DNA from: Lachnospiraceae bacterium
Lineage (GTDB): Bacteria; Spirochaetota; Spirochaetia; Sphaerochaetales; Sphaerochaetaceae
DNA: 54,334 nt
Assembly: GCA_963610485.1 (NCBI GenBank)
Contig: CAVDOI010000001.1
Span: 1-54,334 of the forward strand
Reading direction: 5' to 3'
The translations under genes and the position numbers were made by a program. Below, piece by piece: positions 42,611 to 51,339 of the stretch. Position 1 is the stretch's first letter. Each line of letters starts with the position of its first letter. A model generated the notes under the pieces. It saw only the letters and a program-made list of their open reading frames with translations. It had not been told where the DNA came from and made no database searches.

Positions 42611-45262
42611 ATGAAAGCCGTAGAACTCAGCAAGGCTTACAACCCGAAGGATTTCGAAGATCGTATCTACAACGAATGGAAAGAGAAGGGCGAATTCGGC
42701 CCGAAGGACGGAGAGGGACATTTCTCCGTCGTCATGCCGCCTCCGAACGTCACAGGTGTCCTTCATATGGGACACGCCCTCAACAACAATCTCCAGGACA
42801 TCATCGTCAGATACAAGAGGATGAAGGGACTGCCGACACTGTGGGTGCCGGGAACAGACCATGCGGGAATCGCGACGCAGAACGTCGTGGAACGCCAGCT
42901 GGCGAAGGAAGGTCTGAGACGCCAGGACCTCGGGCGCGAGAAGTTCCTCGAACGCACATGGCTTGTCAAGGAGAAGCACCACGATATCATAAAGAGCCAG
43001 CTCGAGAAGCTGGGGTGTTCCTGTGACTGGGATCATGAAAGATTCACAATGGACGAGGGACTCAGCAGGGCTGTCCGCGAGGCTTTCGTCACGCTATACG
43101 AGAGAGGTCTCATATACAAGGGCAACTACCTCGTCAACTACTGTCCGAAGTGCGGAACGGCACTCGCGGACGACGAAGTCGAATACGAGAACGTCCCGGG
43201 AAAGCTCTACGACGTCAGATACCCGTACTCTGACGGTTCGGGATGGATCACTGTTGCAACCACACGTCCCGAAACCATGTTCGGTGATATGGCGGTAGCC
43301 GTCAATCCGACAGACGAACGCTATACATCGGTCGTCGGGAAGACAGTTCATCTTCCTCTTACCGACCGCGACATCCCGATCATCGCCGACAGCTTCGTCG
43401 AGAAGGACTTCGGAACCGGTATGGTCAAGATAACACCGGCACACGACCCCAACGACTGGGAATGCGGAAAGAGACACAATCTCGAGCCGCTGAATATCCT
43501 GAACGGCGACGGCACACTCAACGACAACTGTCCGGAAAAATACCGCGGCCTTCCTGCTGCGGAGGCGAGATGGCTCGTCGCAGAAGACCTGAGGGAGCAG
43601 GGCTACCTTATAAAGGAGACACCGTACAACCACGATGTCGGACACTGCTACCGCTGTCACACAGTCGTCGAACCGTACCTTTCGGAGCAGTGGTTCGTCA
43701 GAATGCGGACCATGGCCGACAAGGCCATAGAGGCATGGAGGAAGGGCGACATCAACTTCTATCCGAAGAGATGGGAGAACACATACCTCCACTGGATGGA
43801 GACCATCAAGGACTGGTGCATCTCGCGTCAGCTTTGGTGGGGTCACAGAATTCCCGTATGGTACTGCAGAGACTGCGGTGAGATGATAGTATCACGTACG
43901 GATGCTGTGGAGTGTCCGAAGTGCCGCTCTCATAATCTCGTACAGGACAGCGATGTCCTCGATACCTGGTTCTCCTCGTGGCTCTGGCCGTTCAGCACAC
44001 TCGGCTGGCCCGAGAAGACGGAGGATTTCAGGCGCTTCTTCCCGACGAACACCCTTGTCTCGGCATACGACATCATCTTCTTCTGGATCAGCCGCATGAT
44101 CATGGCAAGCGAGGAGTTCCTGGGTGTCGCACCCTTCCGTGACATTGTCATCACGGGTCTTGTGAGAGATACTCAGGGTAGAAAGATGAGTAAGAGCCTC
44201 GGTAACGGAATAGATCCTCTGGAGGTCATCAGGGAGTACGGTGCTGACGCAACGAAGTTCACACTCTGCTATCTTGCGGCGCAGGGACAGGATGTCAAGA
44301 TAGACATGAACTCCTTCTCTCTCGGCTCGCGGTTCGCCAACAAGATATGGAACGCAACGAGATTCCTTCTCATGAATCTGGAGGGAAGGGAGCTCGTCCC
44401 GGTCACCCGCGCCGGGCTCTCCGTCATGGACAGATGGATCTACTCATCGCTTTCCTCGACGATCAGGGCTATCGACAGGGCAATGGACGGCTATCACTTC
44501 AACGATGCCGCATCTGCAGTATATTCATTCTTCTGGAATGATTTCTGCGACTGGTACATCGAATCCAGCAAGCAGAGACTCCTTCACGGAACAGATGAGG
44601 AGAAGAATATCCAGGTCTCGATTATCATGGACATCCTCGAGATATCGATGAGGATGATGCATCCCTTCCTCTCGTTCCTGACGGAGGAGATCTACCAGAA
44701 GCTTCCGAACCACAAAGGCGATGTCATATCCGCTTCATTCCCGACTGTGAAAGAGGAATGGGAGGACGCCTCAGCCGATGAGGCAATGGAATACCTCAGG
44801 GAGATCGTCAGGGTGATCAGAGCCTCACGCAGCTCTCTCGGAATCGGACCGGAGAAGAAGATCAAGGTCGTTCTCAGACCGGACACGGGAAGAGGCTATA
44901 CAGCATTCCTCGAGGATGAGAAGAACACGCTTGCCGCATTCGTCGGCTCGGGATGCTTCATAATCGACACCGAAGGAAAGGAAGACGTAGAGAAGCAGTT
45001 CCCCGTCCACGGGCAGGGCTTCGAAGCATTCATATTCGTCCGCGACGCAATCGACGTCGAGGCCGAGATAAAGAGACTTTCGGGAGAGAAGGCGAAGGCC
45101 GAAGCATCTCTCGAGGGAAGTATAAAGAAGCTCTCGAACGAGAACTTCCTCTCTCACGCAAAGCCGGAGGCTGTGGAGAAGGAGAGGAACAAGAAGGCTG
45201 AATTCGAGGAGACGATAAGAAAGAGCAGCGAACACATCGCGCTGCTTGAGTCCCTCAGGTGA
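42611..45262 (+). CDS. valS: valine--tRNA ligase
   Basis: ATG42611 follows GGAGGAAAG. PPPNVTGVLHMGHAL (HIGH), KMSKSLGN and a C-terminal coiled coil are present. Confidence 0.95.
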   Translation: MKAVELSKAYNPKDFEDRIYNEWKEKGEFGPKDGEGHFSVVMPPPNVTGVLHMGHALNNNLQDIIVRYKRMKGLPTLWVPGTDHAGIATQNVVERQLAKEGLRRQDLGREKFLERTWLVKEKHHDIIKSQLEKLGCSCDWDHERFTMDEGLSRAVREAFVTLYERGLIYKGNYLVNYCPKCGTALADDEVEYENVPGKLYDVRYPYSDGSGWITVATTRPETMFGDMAVAVNPTDERYTSVVGKTVHLPLTDRDIPIIADSFVEKDFGTGMVKITPAHDPNDWECGKRHNLEPLNILNGDGTLNDNCPEKYRGLPAAEARWLVAEDLREQGYLIKETPYNHDVGHCYRCHTVVEPYLSEQWFVRMRTMADKAIEAWRKGDINFYPKRWENTYLHWMETIKDWCISRQLWWGHRIPVWYCRDCGEMIVSRTDAVECPKCRSHNLVQDSDVLDTWFSSWLWPFSTLGWPEKTEDFRRFFPTNTLVSAYDIIFFWISRMIMASEEFLGVAPFRDIVITGLVRDTQGRKMSKSLGNGIDPLEVIREYGADATKFTLCYLAAQGQDVKIDMNSFSLGSRFANKIWNATRFLLMNLEGRELVPVTRAGLSVMDRWIYSSLSSTIRAIDRAMDGYHFNDAASAVYSFFWNDFCDWYIESSKQRLLHGTDEEKNIQVSIIMDILEISMRMMHPFLSFLTEEIYQKLPNHKGDVISASFPTVKEEWEDASADEAMEYLREIVRVIRASRSSLGIGPEKKIKVVLRPDTGRGYTAFLEDEKNTLAAFVGSGCFIIDTEGKEDVEKQFPVHGQGFEAFIFVRDAIDVEAEIKRLSGEKAKAEASLEGSIKKLSNENFLSHAKPEAVEKERNKKAEFEETIRKSSEHIALLESLR

Positions 45263-45280
45263 TTGCACCTCGTCAATATA

Positions 45281-45308
45281 TAAGACCTCCCGTCGGGGAG
45301 GTCTTATG
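45281..45308. terminator. strong hairpin between convergent valS and the small H1-like gene
   Basis: ATAAGACCTCCC-GTCG-GGGAGGTCTTAT forms a perfect 12-bp stem. Confidence 0.6.
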
Positions 45309-45310
45309 TT

Positions 45311-45496
45311 TCATTCTTCTTTTTCTGCCTTTACTTCTTCAAGTATTTCGGCTCTTCTTGTCTTACTCAGCTTCATTATTGCGGAAAGTGCATTCCTTGC
45401 CTTTGTAGCACTTGTCTTGTAGCCGTACTTCCCGAATTTCTCGTTTTCAGAAAGATAGATGTCGATTTCCTTTTTCAGTTCATCATGAGTCGCCAT
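45311..45496 (-). CDS. small histone H1/Hc1-like DNA-binding protein (putative)
   Basis: The 61-aa ORF has AAGGAG 8 nt upstream. The segment KFGKYGYKTSATKARNALSAIMKLSKTRRAEILE fits the F-x-K-x-G-x-K-x2-A-T-[KR]-x-R...K-L-x-K-x2-R pattern of the short bacterial 'histone H1' proteins, as I remember it. Confidence 0.5.
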   Translation of the reverse strand: MATHDELKKEIDIYLSENEKFGKYGYKTSATKARNALSAIMKLSKTRRAEILEEVKAEKEE

Positions 45497-45523
45497 TCAC
45501 TGTTCTCCTTGTTGTTTTTCTAA

Positions 45524-45551
45524 ATACTACCACAGCTAGCGTCGATGGCAA
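45524..45551 (-). promoter_or_regulatory. putative promoter of the H1-like gene
   Basis: On the minus strand, TTGCCA, a 16-nt spacer and TAGTAT are present, with a TG at the extended -10 position. Confidence 0.4.
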
Positions 45552-45608
45552 GAAAAAAACTTCGGAAAACACTAAAAAAGCGGCTTTGAACAGTGGAAAA
45601 AGCGGCCT

Positions 45609-46754
45609 TCAGACCGCTTCTCCCTTCCATATGAACTTCTTTCCCCTCAGCCTCGTGTATACACAGTGCAGATACATGACACATATGAGGGTTATCGAGA
45701 GCGAGCCCGAGAGGCTTGTCGAGACGCGGAACTTCAGGCGCCGGCATGCATAATACCAGCTTATGTTGGCTGCAAGCCATCCCAGAAGAGTCACACTCAG
45801 CAGGGTGTATTCGCCCCATATCATGTAGAGCGGCGTCAGGAGGGGCGCAAAAGATACGAGAGAGAGGAATATGACTGCAAGGATGAGGAGCGAGAACATC
45901 CAGAGTGTCGGCTCGAACACCCCGGCAAGAGAGCGTTCTATTCCCCTGAAAGCCTCTCCGCCCGTGTCGTACATCCTGCAGCAGACGTTGTCGCTGAGCG
46001 TGGTGAATTCGTATTTCTTTCTTTTCTTCAGAAAGGCCTTGATTATTCCGATGTCGTCGCATATCTGGTCGCCGACAGCCTCATAGCCGCCCACTTCGTC
46101 GTATGAATCCTTCCTCATCATGATGAACTGTCCGATTCCGATTGCGAATGAAGATACCTTCAATGCATTGAAGATGAAGTGGGGGATGCATACGTTTGAG
46201 AAGACCATGCTCGCTGTGATGGTGCGTGCAAAATACGACTTCGAATACTCGGCGGGAAAGCCCGAGAGTATGTCGAGATTGTCCGCTTCCATTATCCTGA
46301 GGGCAGTAAGGACGCTTTTCGAACGGTGCGTCGTGTCGGCATCGGTGCACAGAAGGTATTCGCCCTTTGCGTGCGGAATGAGATTGAGAAGGGCGTTCAT
46401 CTTGCCGTGCGTCATGTATCTCTTCTCTCCGGTCTTGTAGCCCCTGACTCTCGGATCCTTCTTCTCGAACTCCTCGATGATCTCCCACGTCCTGTCCGTG
46501 GAGCGGTCGTCGATTACGAGGATCTCGATGTTCCTGTACTCCTGATCGAGCATCGACTGAAGCAGGACGCCGAGGTTCCTTTCCTCGTTTCTCGCCGGTA
46601 TGATTACAGAAACAAGGGGATTGTTTTTCAGATTGTACTTCGCCGCCCTCCTGTTGATTCTGTAAAAGCGTATGGCGTTGAGAGCGGTGCAGAGCATGAG
46701 CCAGCCTCCGAAGACGGCGCTCATGTACATTATGACAGTCAGAAAGATTTTCAC
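45609..46754 (-). CDS. membrane-bound glycosyltransferase family 2
   Basis: The GTG start overlaps the upstream stop (GTGA). An N-terminal TM segment, VSVIIPARNEE, ILVIDDRSTD, a DxD at LCTDADTT and a C-terminal TM bundle are present. Confidence 0.85.
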   Translation of the reverse strand: MKIFLTVIMYMSAVFGGWLMLCTALNAIRFYRINRRAAKYNLKNNPLVSVIIPARNEERNLGVLLQSMLDQEYRNIEILVIDDRSTDRTWEIIEEFEKKDPRVRGYKTGEKRYMTHGKMNALLNLIPHAKGEYLLCTDADTTHRSKSVLTALRIMEADNLDILSGFPAEYSKSYFARTITASMVFSNVCIPHFIFNALKVSSFAIGIGQFIMMRKDSYDEVGGYEAVGDQICDDIGIIKAFLKKRKKYEFTTLSDNVCCRMYDTGGEAFRGIERSLAGVFEPTLWMFSLLILAVIFLSLVSFAPLLTPLYMIWGEYTLLSVTLLGWLAANISWYYACRRLKFRVSTSLSGSLSITLICVMYLHCVYTRLRGKKFIWKGEAV

Positions 46755-47467
46755 TTTTTACTCAGTTTCTCCTTCAGTTCAAGAATGGTCGGTTCACCGT
46801 GGTAGATGTCCAGGGCAAGGGCGAGGTATTCCTTCGCCGATGAATAGTCCTTTCTGTTGTAATATGCTGTCGCGAGTGCCCCGTAGAGGGAGTAGAGGTC
46901 GTTCTCCGACATGCTGTCCCTCTCCTCCAGGAGGGGAAGAAGCTCCTTTATGGCGTTCTTGTTCGATCCTCCCGCTATCTGGGGCGTGTATATGAGTCTC
47001 CATGCATTCATCAATACTACGTAGATTTCGTCGCTGTGGGACGCATAGAGCTCCTTGGTCATGGAGGAGTTCTCCATTCCCTTGAACATATCCTTCGAGA
47101 TGTAGTACGAGGCCGAGGAGTAGTCGGTGCGGCTTATCTGAGCATGAACATCGCTTCTGTCCTCCATCTCTTCGACGGCGGCCTTGTCGAGCGCAAGGTG
47201 TTTCTCCGCCTCGTCCTTCCTGTCGTTGTCGACGAGGTAACGCACCATGTTGTATTCCGCTCTCGCCCTCTCTTCGGCTGTCAGATTTCCCGAGAGGTAT
47301 TTCTTGTAGAGGCTTTCGACTTCAGAGACGCCGTCGTTGCATTTCACGGCACGTATGAAGGCCTGCCACTCGAGGTTGTCGTTGTATTTCTTATAGCTGT
47401 CCGTATATGAAAAGAGCAGAGAGGACATAGTCAGAAGGAGAATAAGGATGACAGTCGTTTTCTTCAT
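46751..47467 (-). CDS. hypothetical secreted helical (TPR-like) protein
   Basis: A signal peptide (MKKTTVILILLLTMSSLLFS) is followed by helical repeats with TPR-like Y/A spacing (LYGALATAYYNRKDYSSAKEYLALALDIY). Confidence 0.5.
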   Translation of the reverse strand: MKKTTVILILLLTMSSLLFSYTDSYKKYNDNLEWQAFIRAVKCNDGVSEVESLYKKYLSGNLTAEERARAEYNMVRYLVDNDRKDEAEKHLALDKAAVEEMEDRSDVHAQISRTDYSSASYYISKDMFKGMENSSMTKELYASHSDEIYVVLMNAWRLIYTPQIAGGSNKNAIKELLPLLEERDSMSENDLYSLYGALATAYYNRKDYSSAKEYLALALDIYHGEPTILELKEKLSKK

Positions 47468-47481
47468 TGTTGATCGGTTCC

Positions 47482-48714
47482 TCAGATATATTTTATGTCG
47501 GAGAGCTTACGGATTATATAGCCTTCCTTCAACGGGAGGGTTGTCTTTATATAACCCTTCTTCATATGGTCGAGCTGTAAAAGGGGAAAGCCGTTTTCGT
47601 CGAGGAGAGTGCACTCTTTCTCCTTTAAAAGCGGAACGTCGGGCCCTATGAATTCGAGCTCGTCCCCCCGTGCGATATGATTGCGGCACCTTATCTCCCA
47701 CACACCCTTTTCCTTCTCCTCTCCGACGGAGCCGAGGAATGTGTAGTTGCGCTCGTATCCGTAGCTCGTCGGACGTGAAACGTCGTCCTTCTTCGTCTCG
47801 AAGGGGCCGGAGGAGTAGAAGAAGCCCGTCGTGAACTCGCGGTGCGAGACGTCAAATATGTCCCGTTTGTAGCTCTCGAGGTCCGGATCGTTGTCGATAG
47901 CCTTGCGATAGGCGCGTGTGACTACGGCAACGTAGTATATGCTCTTCATCCGGCCTTCGATCTTGAGCGAATCGAGTCCCGCTGCCCTGAGATCGTCTAT
48001 GTGGTCGATCATGCACAGGTCTTTCGACGAGAGCAGCGCCGTATAGCCGTCCCTCTCCTCGACGGGGAAGTAGACGCCGCTTCTCTCCTCCTCTTCGACT
48101 GCATAGTGGAGGCGGTAGTTCCAGCGGCATGTGTGTGCGCAGTCGCCCCTGTTTGCGGAGCGTCCCGCAAGGGCTGCGGAGAGAATGCACCGACCCGAGT
48201 AGGCCATGCACATTGCACCGTGTACAAATGCCTCGAGCTCGATGTCGGGAACTCTGTCCTTTATCCTCTTTATATCGTCAAGGGATGCCTCCCGTCCGAG
48301 AATTATCCTTTTGAAGCCCATGTCCCTGTACATCCTGGCACTGCCCGAATTGAGGCAGCTCGCCTGTGTCGAGAGATGGAGCTCCTTATCGGGAAAATAC
48401 TTCTGGAAGAAGGGAACCGTCCCTATGTCGCTGACGATGAACGCATCGAAGGGCCAGAGGGCGATCTCGTCCTTCATGCTCTCGAGCTCCTCGATCTGAC
48501 TCTCTCTGAAGAGGATGTTCATCGTGCAGTAGAGCTTCTTTCCGCTTTTCTTCTTTATCTCCCGGACCTTCTCGAGTTCGTCGGAGGGGAAGTTATCCGC
48601 ATTGGCCCTCAGGGAGAACTTCGTCAGTCCCATGTATGCGGCATCTGCGCCGAAGTTGAAAGCCGTCTCCAGCTTCTCGTAGTTCCCCGCAGGGGAGAGC
48701 AGTTCTATTGCCAT
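47482..48714 (-). CDS. peptidase U32 family protein (probable Fe-S dependent hydroxylase-type member)
   Basis: The N-terminus is MAIELLSPAGNYE. A conserved Cys cluster (HGAMCMAYSGRCILS...RGDCAHTCRW) is present. The start overlaps the lon stop by 10 nt. Confidence 0.85.
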   Translation of the reverse strand: MAIELLSPAGNYEKLETAFNFGADAAYMGLTKFSLRANADNFPSDELEKVREIKKKSGKKLYCTMNILFRESQIEELESMKDEIALWPFDAFIVSDIGTVPFFQKYFPDKELHLSTQASCLNSGSARMYRDMGFKRIILGREASLDDIKRIKDRVPDIELEAFVHGAMCMAYSGRCILSAALAGRSANRGDCAHTCRWNYRLHYAVEEEERSGVYFPVEERDGYTALLSSKDLCMIDHIDDLRAAGLDSLKIEGRMKSIYYVAVVTRAYRKAIDNDPDLESYKRDIFDVSHREFTTGFFYSSGPFETKKDDVSRPTSYGYERNYTFLGSVGEEKEKGVWEIRCRNHIARGDELEFIGPDVPLLKEKECTLLDENGFPLLQLDHMKKGYIKTTLPLKEGYIIRKLSDIKYI

Positions 48715-51182
48715 GTCCTGAACGCCTTTGAGAACGCCTCCGCCTGGAGGGCAAGCTGTGCTTCCTTCTCCTCTTCTTCCTTCTCGCTGTTCTTCTCCGA
48801 GAGCTTTTCGAGCTCTTCTATGCTGAGCCTCTCTGTCGTCTCGGAGGGGAATGCGATTGCGATTACATCGAGTATGGTCTTTGCTGTGTGGAAGACAACC
48901 TCTCCCTTCACCTCCGCGTCAAGTTTTTCAAGGTCCCTTATGTTGTCGTAGGGGATGATGATCTCCCTGATGGAATTGCGTCTTGCTCCGAGAATCTTCT
49001 CCTTGAGCCCTCCGATGGCCTCGACCTTGCCCGTGAGCGTGAGCTCTCCCGTCATGGCGAGCTTCTCCTTCACTGGAAAGCCTCTGTACATGCTCCAGAG
49101 AGCACAGAAGAGTGTTATTCCCGCACTCGGGCCGTCCTTCGGGACAGCGCCCTCGGGGCAGTGGAGGTGAACGGAGTTCTTCTGGAAGAACTTCATATCG
49201 AGTCCCCTGAGCCATGCTTCGTGCCTTACAGTCGACCATGCTATCGAAACAGACTCCTTCATGACGTCCCCGAGCTGGCCGGTGACCTTGAGGTCCCCCT
49301 TCTCCGGGATTGCCACAGCCTCGACGGGGATTACATCGCCGCCGAATGCAGTCCATGCAAGCCCCATGGCCATGCCGACGGTGTCCGCGACGACGATTCT
49401 GTCGCTGGGGAAGGGCGGAAGCCCGAGGTATGTTTTGAGGTCCTTTGTCGTGATCCTCTCCGTCTTTCTCTCCTCTTCCGGGGTTTCGAGAATCTTGAGG
49501 GCGACCTTTCTCATGACCTTGTCTATCTCGTTCTTGAACTGTCTCACTCCCGCCTCTCTTGCGTATTCCTCGGCAATGAGGGAGAGGGCCCTGTCGTCGA
49601 ACTTTATCTCCTTCTTCCCCAGTCCGTTCTTCTTCAGAAGGTCCGGCACAAGGTATTCCTTTCCTATATGGAGCTTCTCCATCGGTGTGTAGCCGCTCAT
49701 CTCTATGATCTCCATCCTGTCGAAGAGAGGACGCGGGATGCGCGAGAGGTCGTTGGCCGTTACGATGAAGAGAACCTTCGAGAGGTCGTAGGGAAGGTCG
49801 AGGTAGAAATCCCTGTAGTTGACGTTCTGCTCGGGGTCGAGAACCTCGAGAAGTGCGCTGGCAGGATCTCCGTTGTAGCTCTGTCCCATCTTGTCGATCT
49901 CGTCGATGAGAATTACGGGGTCCGTGACGCCGACGGTCTTTACAGCCTGTATGAGCTTGCCCGGCATTGCGCCGACATATGTGCGTCTGTGTCCCTTGAT
50001 CTCGGCTTCGTCCCTCATCCCTCCGACGGAGAAGCGGTAGAATTTGCGTCCGAGGGCCTTCGCTATTGAAGAGCCGACGCTTGTCTTGCCGACACCCGGA
50101 GGGCCTGCGAGGCAGATTACGGCACCTTTGCTGTTCTGTGCCTTGAGACGGGATGCGAGGAATTCGACTATCCTCTCCTTGACCTCCTTCATGCCGTAGT
50201 GGTCCTTCTCGAGCTGCTCCTTGACCTTGATGATGGAGTAGGAGGGAGCTTCGTCGGTGAACGAGAAGGGAAGGTCGAGTATGGTCTCGATGTAGAGCTT
50301 CGTGAGCATGTACTCGGGGTTCATCGTATCGAGATAGGAGAGCTTCTCAAGCTCCTTGTCGACAGCATCCCTGTACTGTGGCGGGAGTTCCTTTGCCGCC
50401 GCGCGTTCGAAGATATCGCCCTTCTTCGCTGTCTTCGGGTCCAGAGGAGCGCCGCCGCGGAGGGCAGTAAGCTCTCCATTGAGGGCTTTGATCTGCTCCT
50501 TGAGGATGGCCTCCTTGTTCCTCATCTTGACGCGCTCGATGTACTCCTGCTTGACCTGTTCCTCCTTCTCGAGAACCTCCTTCTCCCCTGCGATGTAGGA
50601 GGTGAGGGTGGTTATCCTCTTTCTCGTGTCGGTCTCCTCGAGAATCTCCTGCAGGAAATCCTTCGGAGCGGAGGCAAGTGCCGATGCGCAATACCAGCAT
50701 ACGGCTTCGGGGTTGTCGAAGTTGGCGATGTTGATCTCCGTCGTCAGATTGAAGACGCTGGTGTTTCCAAGCGACGAGACGAGGTCCTTGAGAACCCTCG
50801 TATAGGGCTGGATGATCTTTGCCGATACAGGTTTGTCCTTCAGCACTTCACCGTCGGCGAATACCGGCACGTCTCCGTATATGTAGCGTGTCACCTTCAC
50901 CCTCTTGACCGTAGTGGTGAAAAGGTGGATGCAGGAGTTGGGCAGCTTGATGTATTTCGTTATCTTCACGAGTGTTCCGACCTGCCTGAGGGACTTCTCG
51001 TCTTCATTCTCCTGCAGTACGGCGAGGAAATAGCCGTCGTGCTCGAGCGCCCAGTTCACGGTCCTGAGATCGCTCTGGCGTGCTATCATGAGCGTCGTGA
51101 GAGTCTCTGGAAAGAGAGGTCTCTTTATAAGAGGGAGCACCGGTATTTCAGTTATTGTATCTGTTGAAAACTTGTCTTCCAT
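48705..51182 (-). CDS. lon: ATP-dependent Lon protease
   Basis: The start is at MEDKFSTDTITEIPVLPL (LON N-domain). Walker A GPPGVGKTS and the catalytic-Ser context PKDGPSAGIT are present; 825 aa. The upstream 106 codons of the long ORF are rejected. Confidence 0.93.
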   Translation of the reverse strand: MEDKFSTDTITEIPVLPLIKRPLFPETLTTLMIARQSDLRTVNWALEHDGYFLAVLQENEDEKSLRQVGTLVKITKYIKLPNSCIHLFTTTVKRVKVTRYIYGDVPVFADGEVLKDKPVSAKIIQPYTRVLKDLVSSLGNTSVFNLTTEINIANFDNPEAVCWYCASALASAPKDFLQEILEETDTRKRITTLTSYIAGEKEVLEKEEQVKQEYIERVKMRNKEAILKEQIKALNGELTALRGGAPLDPKTAKKGDIFERAAAKELPPQYRDAVDKELEKLSYLDTMNPEYMLTKLYIETILDLPFSFTDEAPSYSIIKVKEQLEKDHYGMKEVKERIVEFLASRLKAQNSKGAVICLAGPPGVGKTSVGSSIAKALGRKFYRFSVGGMRDEAEIKGHRRTYVGAMPGKLIQAVKTVGVTDPVILIDEIDKMGQSYNGDPASALLEVLDPEQNVNYRDFYLDLPYDLSKVLFIVTANDLSRIPRPLFDRMEIIEMSGYTPMEKLHIGKEYLVPDLLKKNGLGKKEIKFDDRALSLIAEEYAREAGVRQFKNEIDKVMRKVALKILETPEEERKTERITTKDLKTYLGLPPFPSDRIVVADTVGMAMGLAWTAFGGDVIPVEAVAIPEKGDLKVTGQLGDVMKESVSIAWSTVRHEAWLRGLDMKFFQKNSVHLHCPEGAVPKDGPSAGITLFCALWSMYRGFPVKEKLAMTGELTLTGKVEAIGGLKEKILGARRNSIREIIIPYDNIRDLEKLDAEVKGEVVFHTAKTILDVIAIAFPSETTERLSIEELEKLSEKNSEKEEEEKEAQLALQAEAFSKAFRTWQ

Positions 51183-51339
51183 TTTCTTTATCCTTAGTCT
51201 GTTCACAGACAAATATAACATAAAAAGGGACAAACGTCGGGCCGGCGGGGGAAAAAACTCAAAATAACCATAAAGGCCCCCGAAAAATGTTGCATTTTGT
51301 TGCAGGTGTGTTATTCTCTCCATAAAGGAAGTTAAGAAA

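Noticed and set aside
45575-45606. A direct repeat of AAAAAGCGGC (45575-45584 and 45597-45606, 22-nt period) just downstream of the GT2 stop.
   Set aside because: There are only two 10-nt copies. Neither has a complementary arm to form a terminator hairpin, and the repeat is too short to distinguish from chance.
47842-51167. Three long plus-strand ORFs (369, 393 and 322 aa) antisense to the U32 and lon genes.
   Set aside because: Each lies entirely within a strongly supported minus-strand gene. Their products are dominated by L/V/E/R/D runs that mirror the sense codons. I recognise no motifs or RBS.
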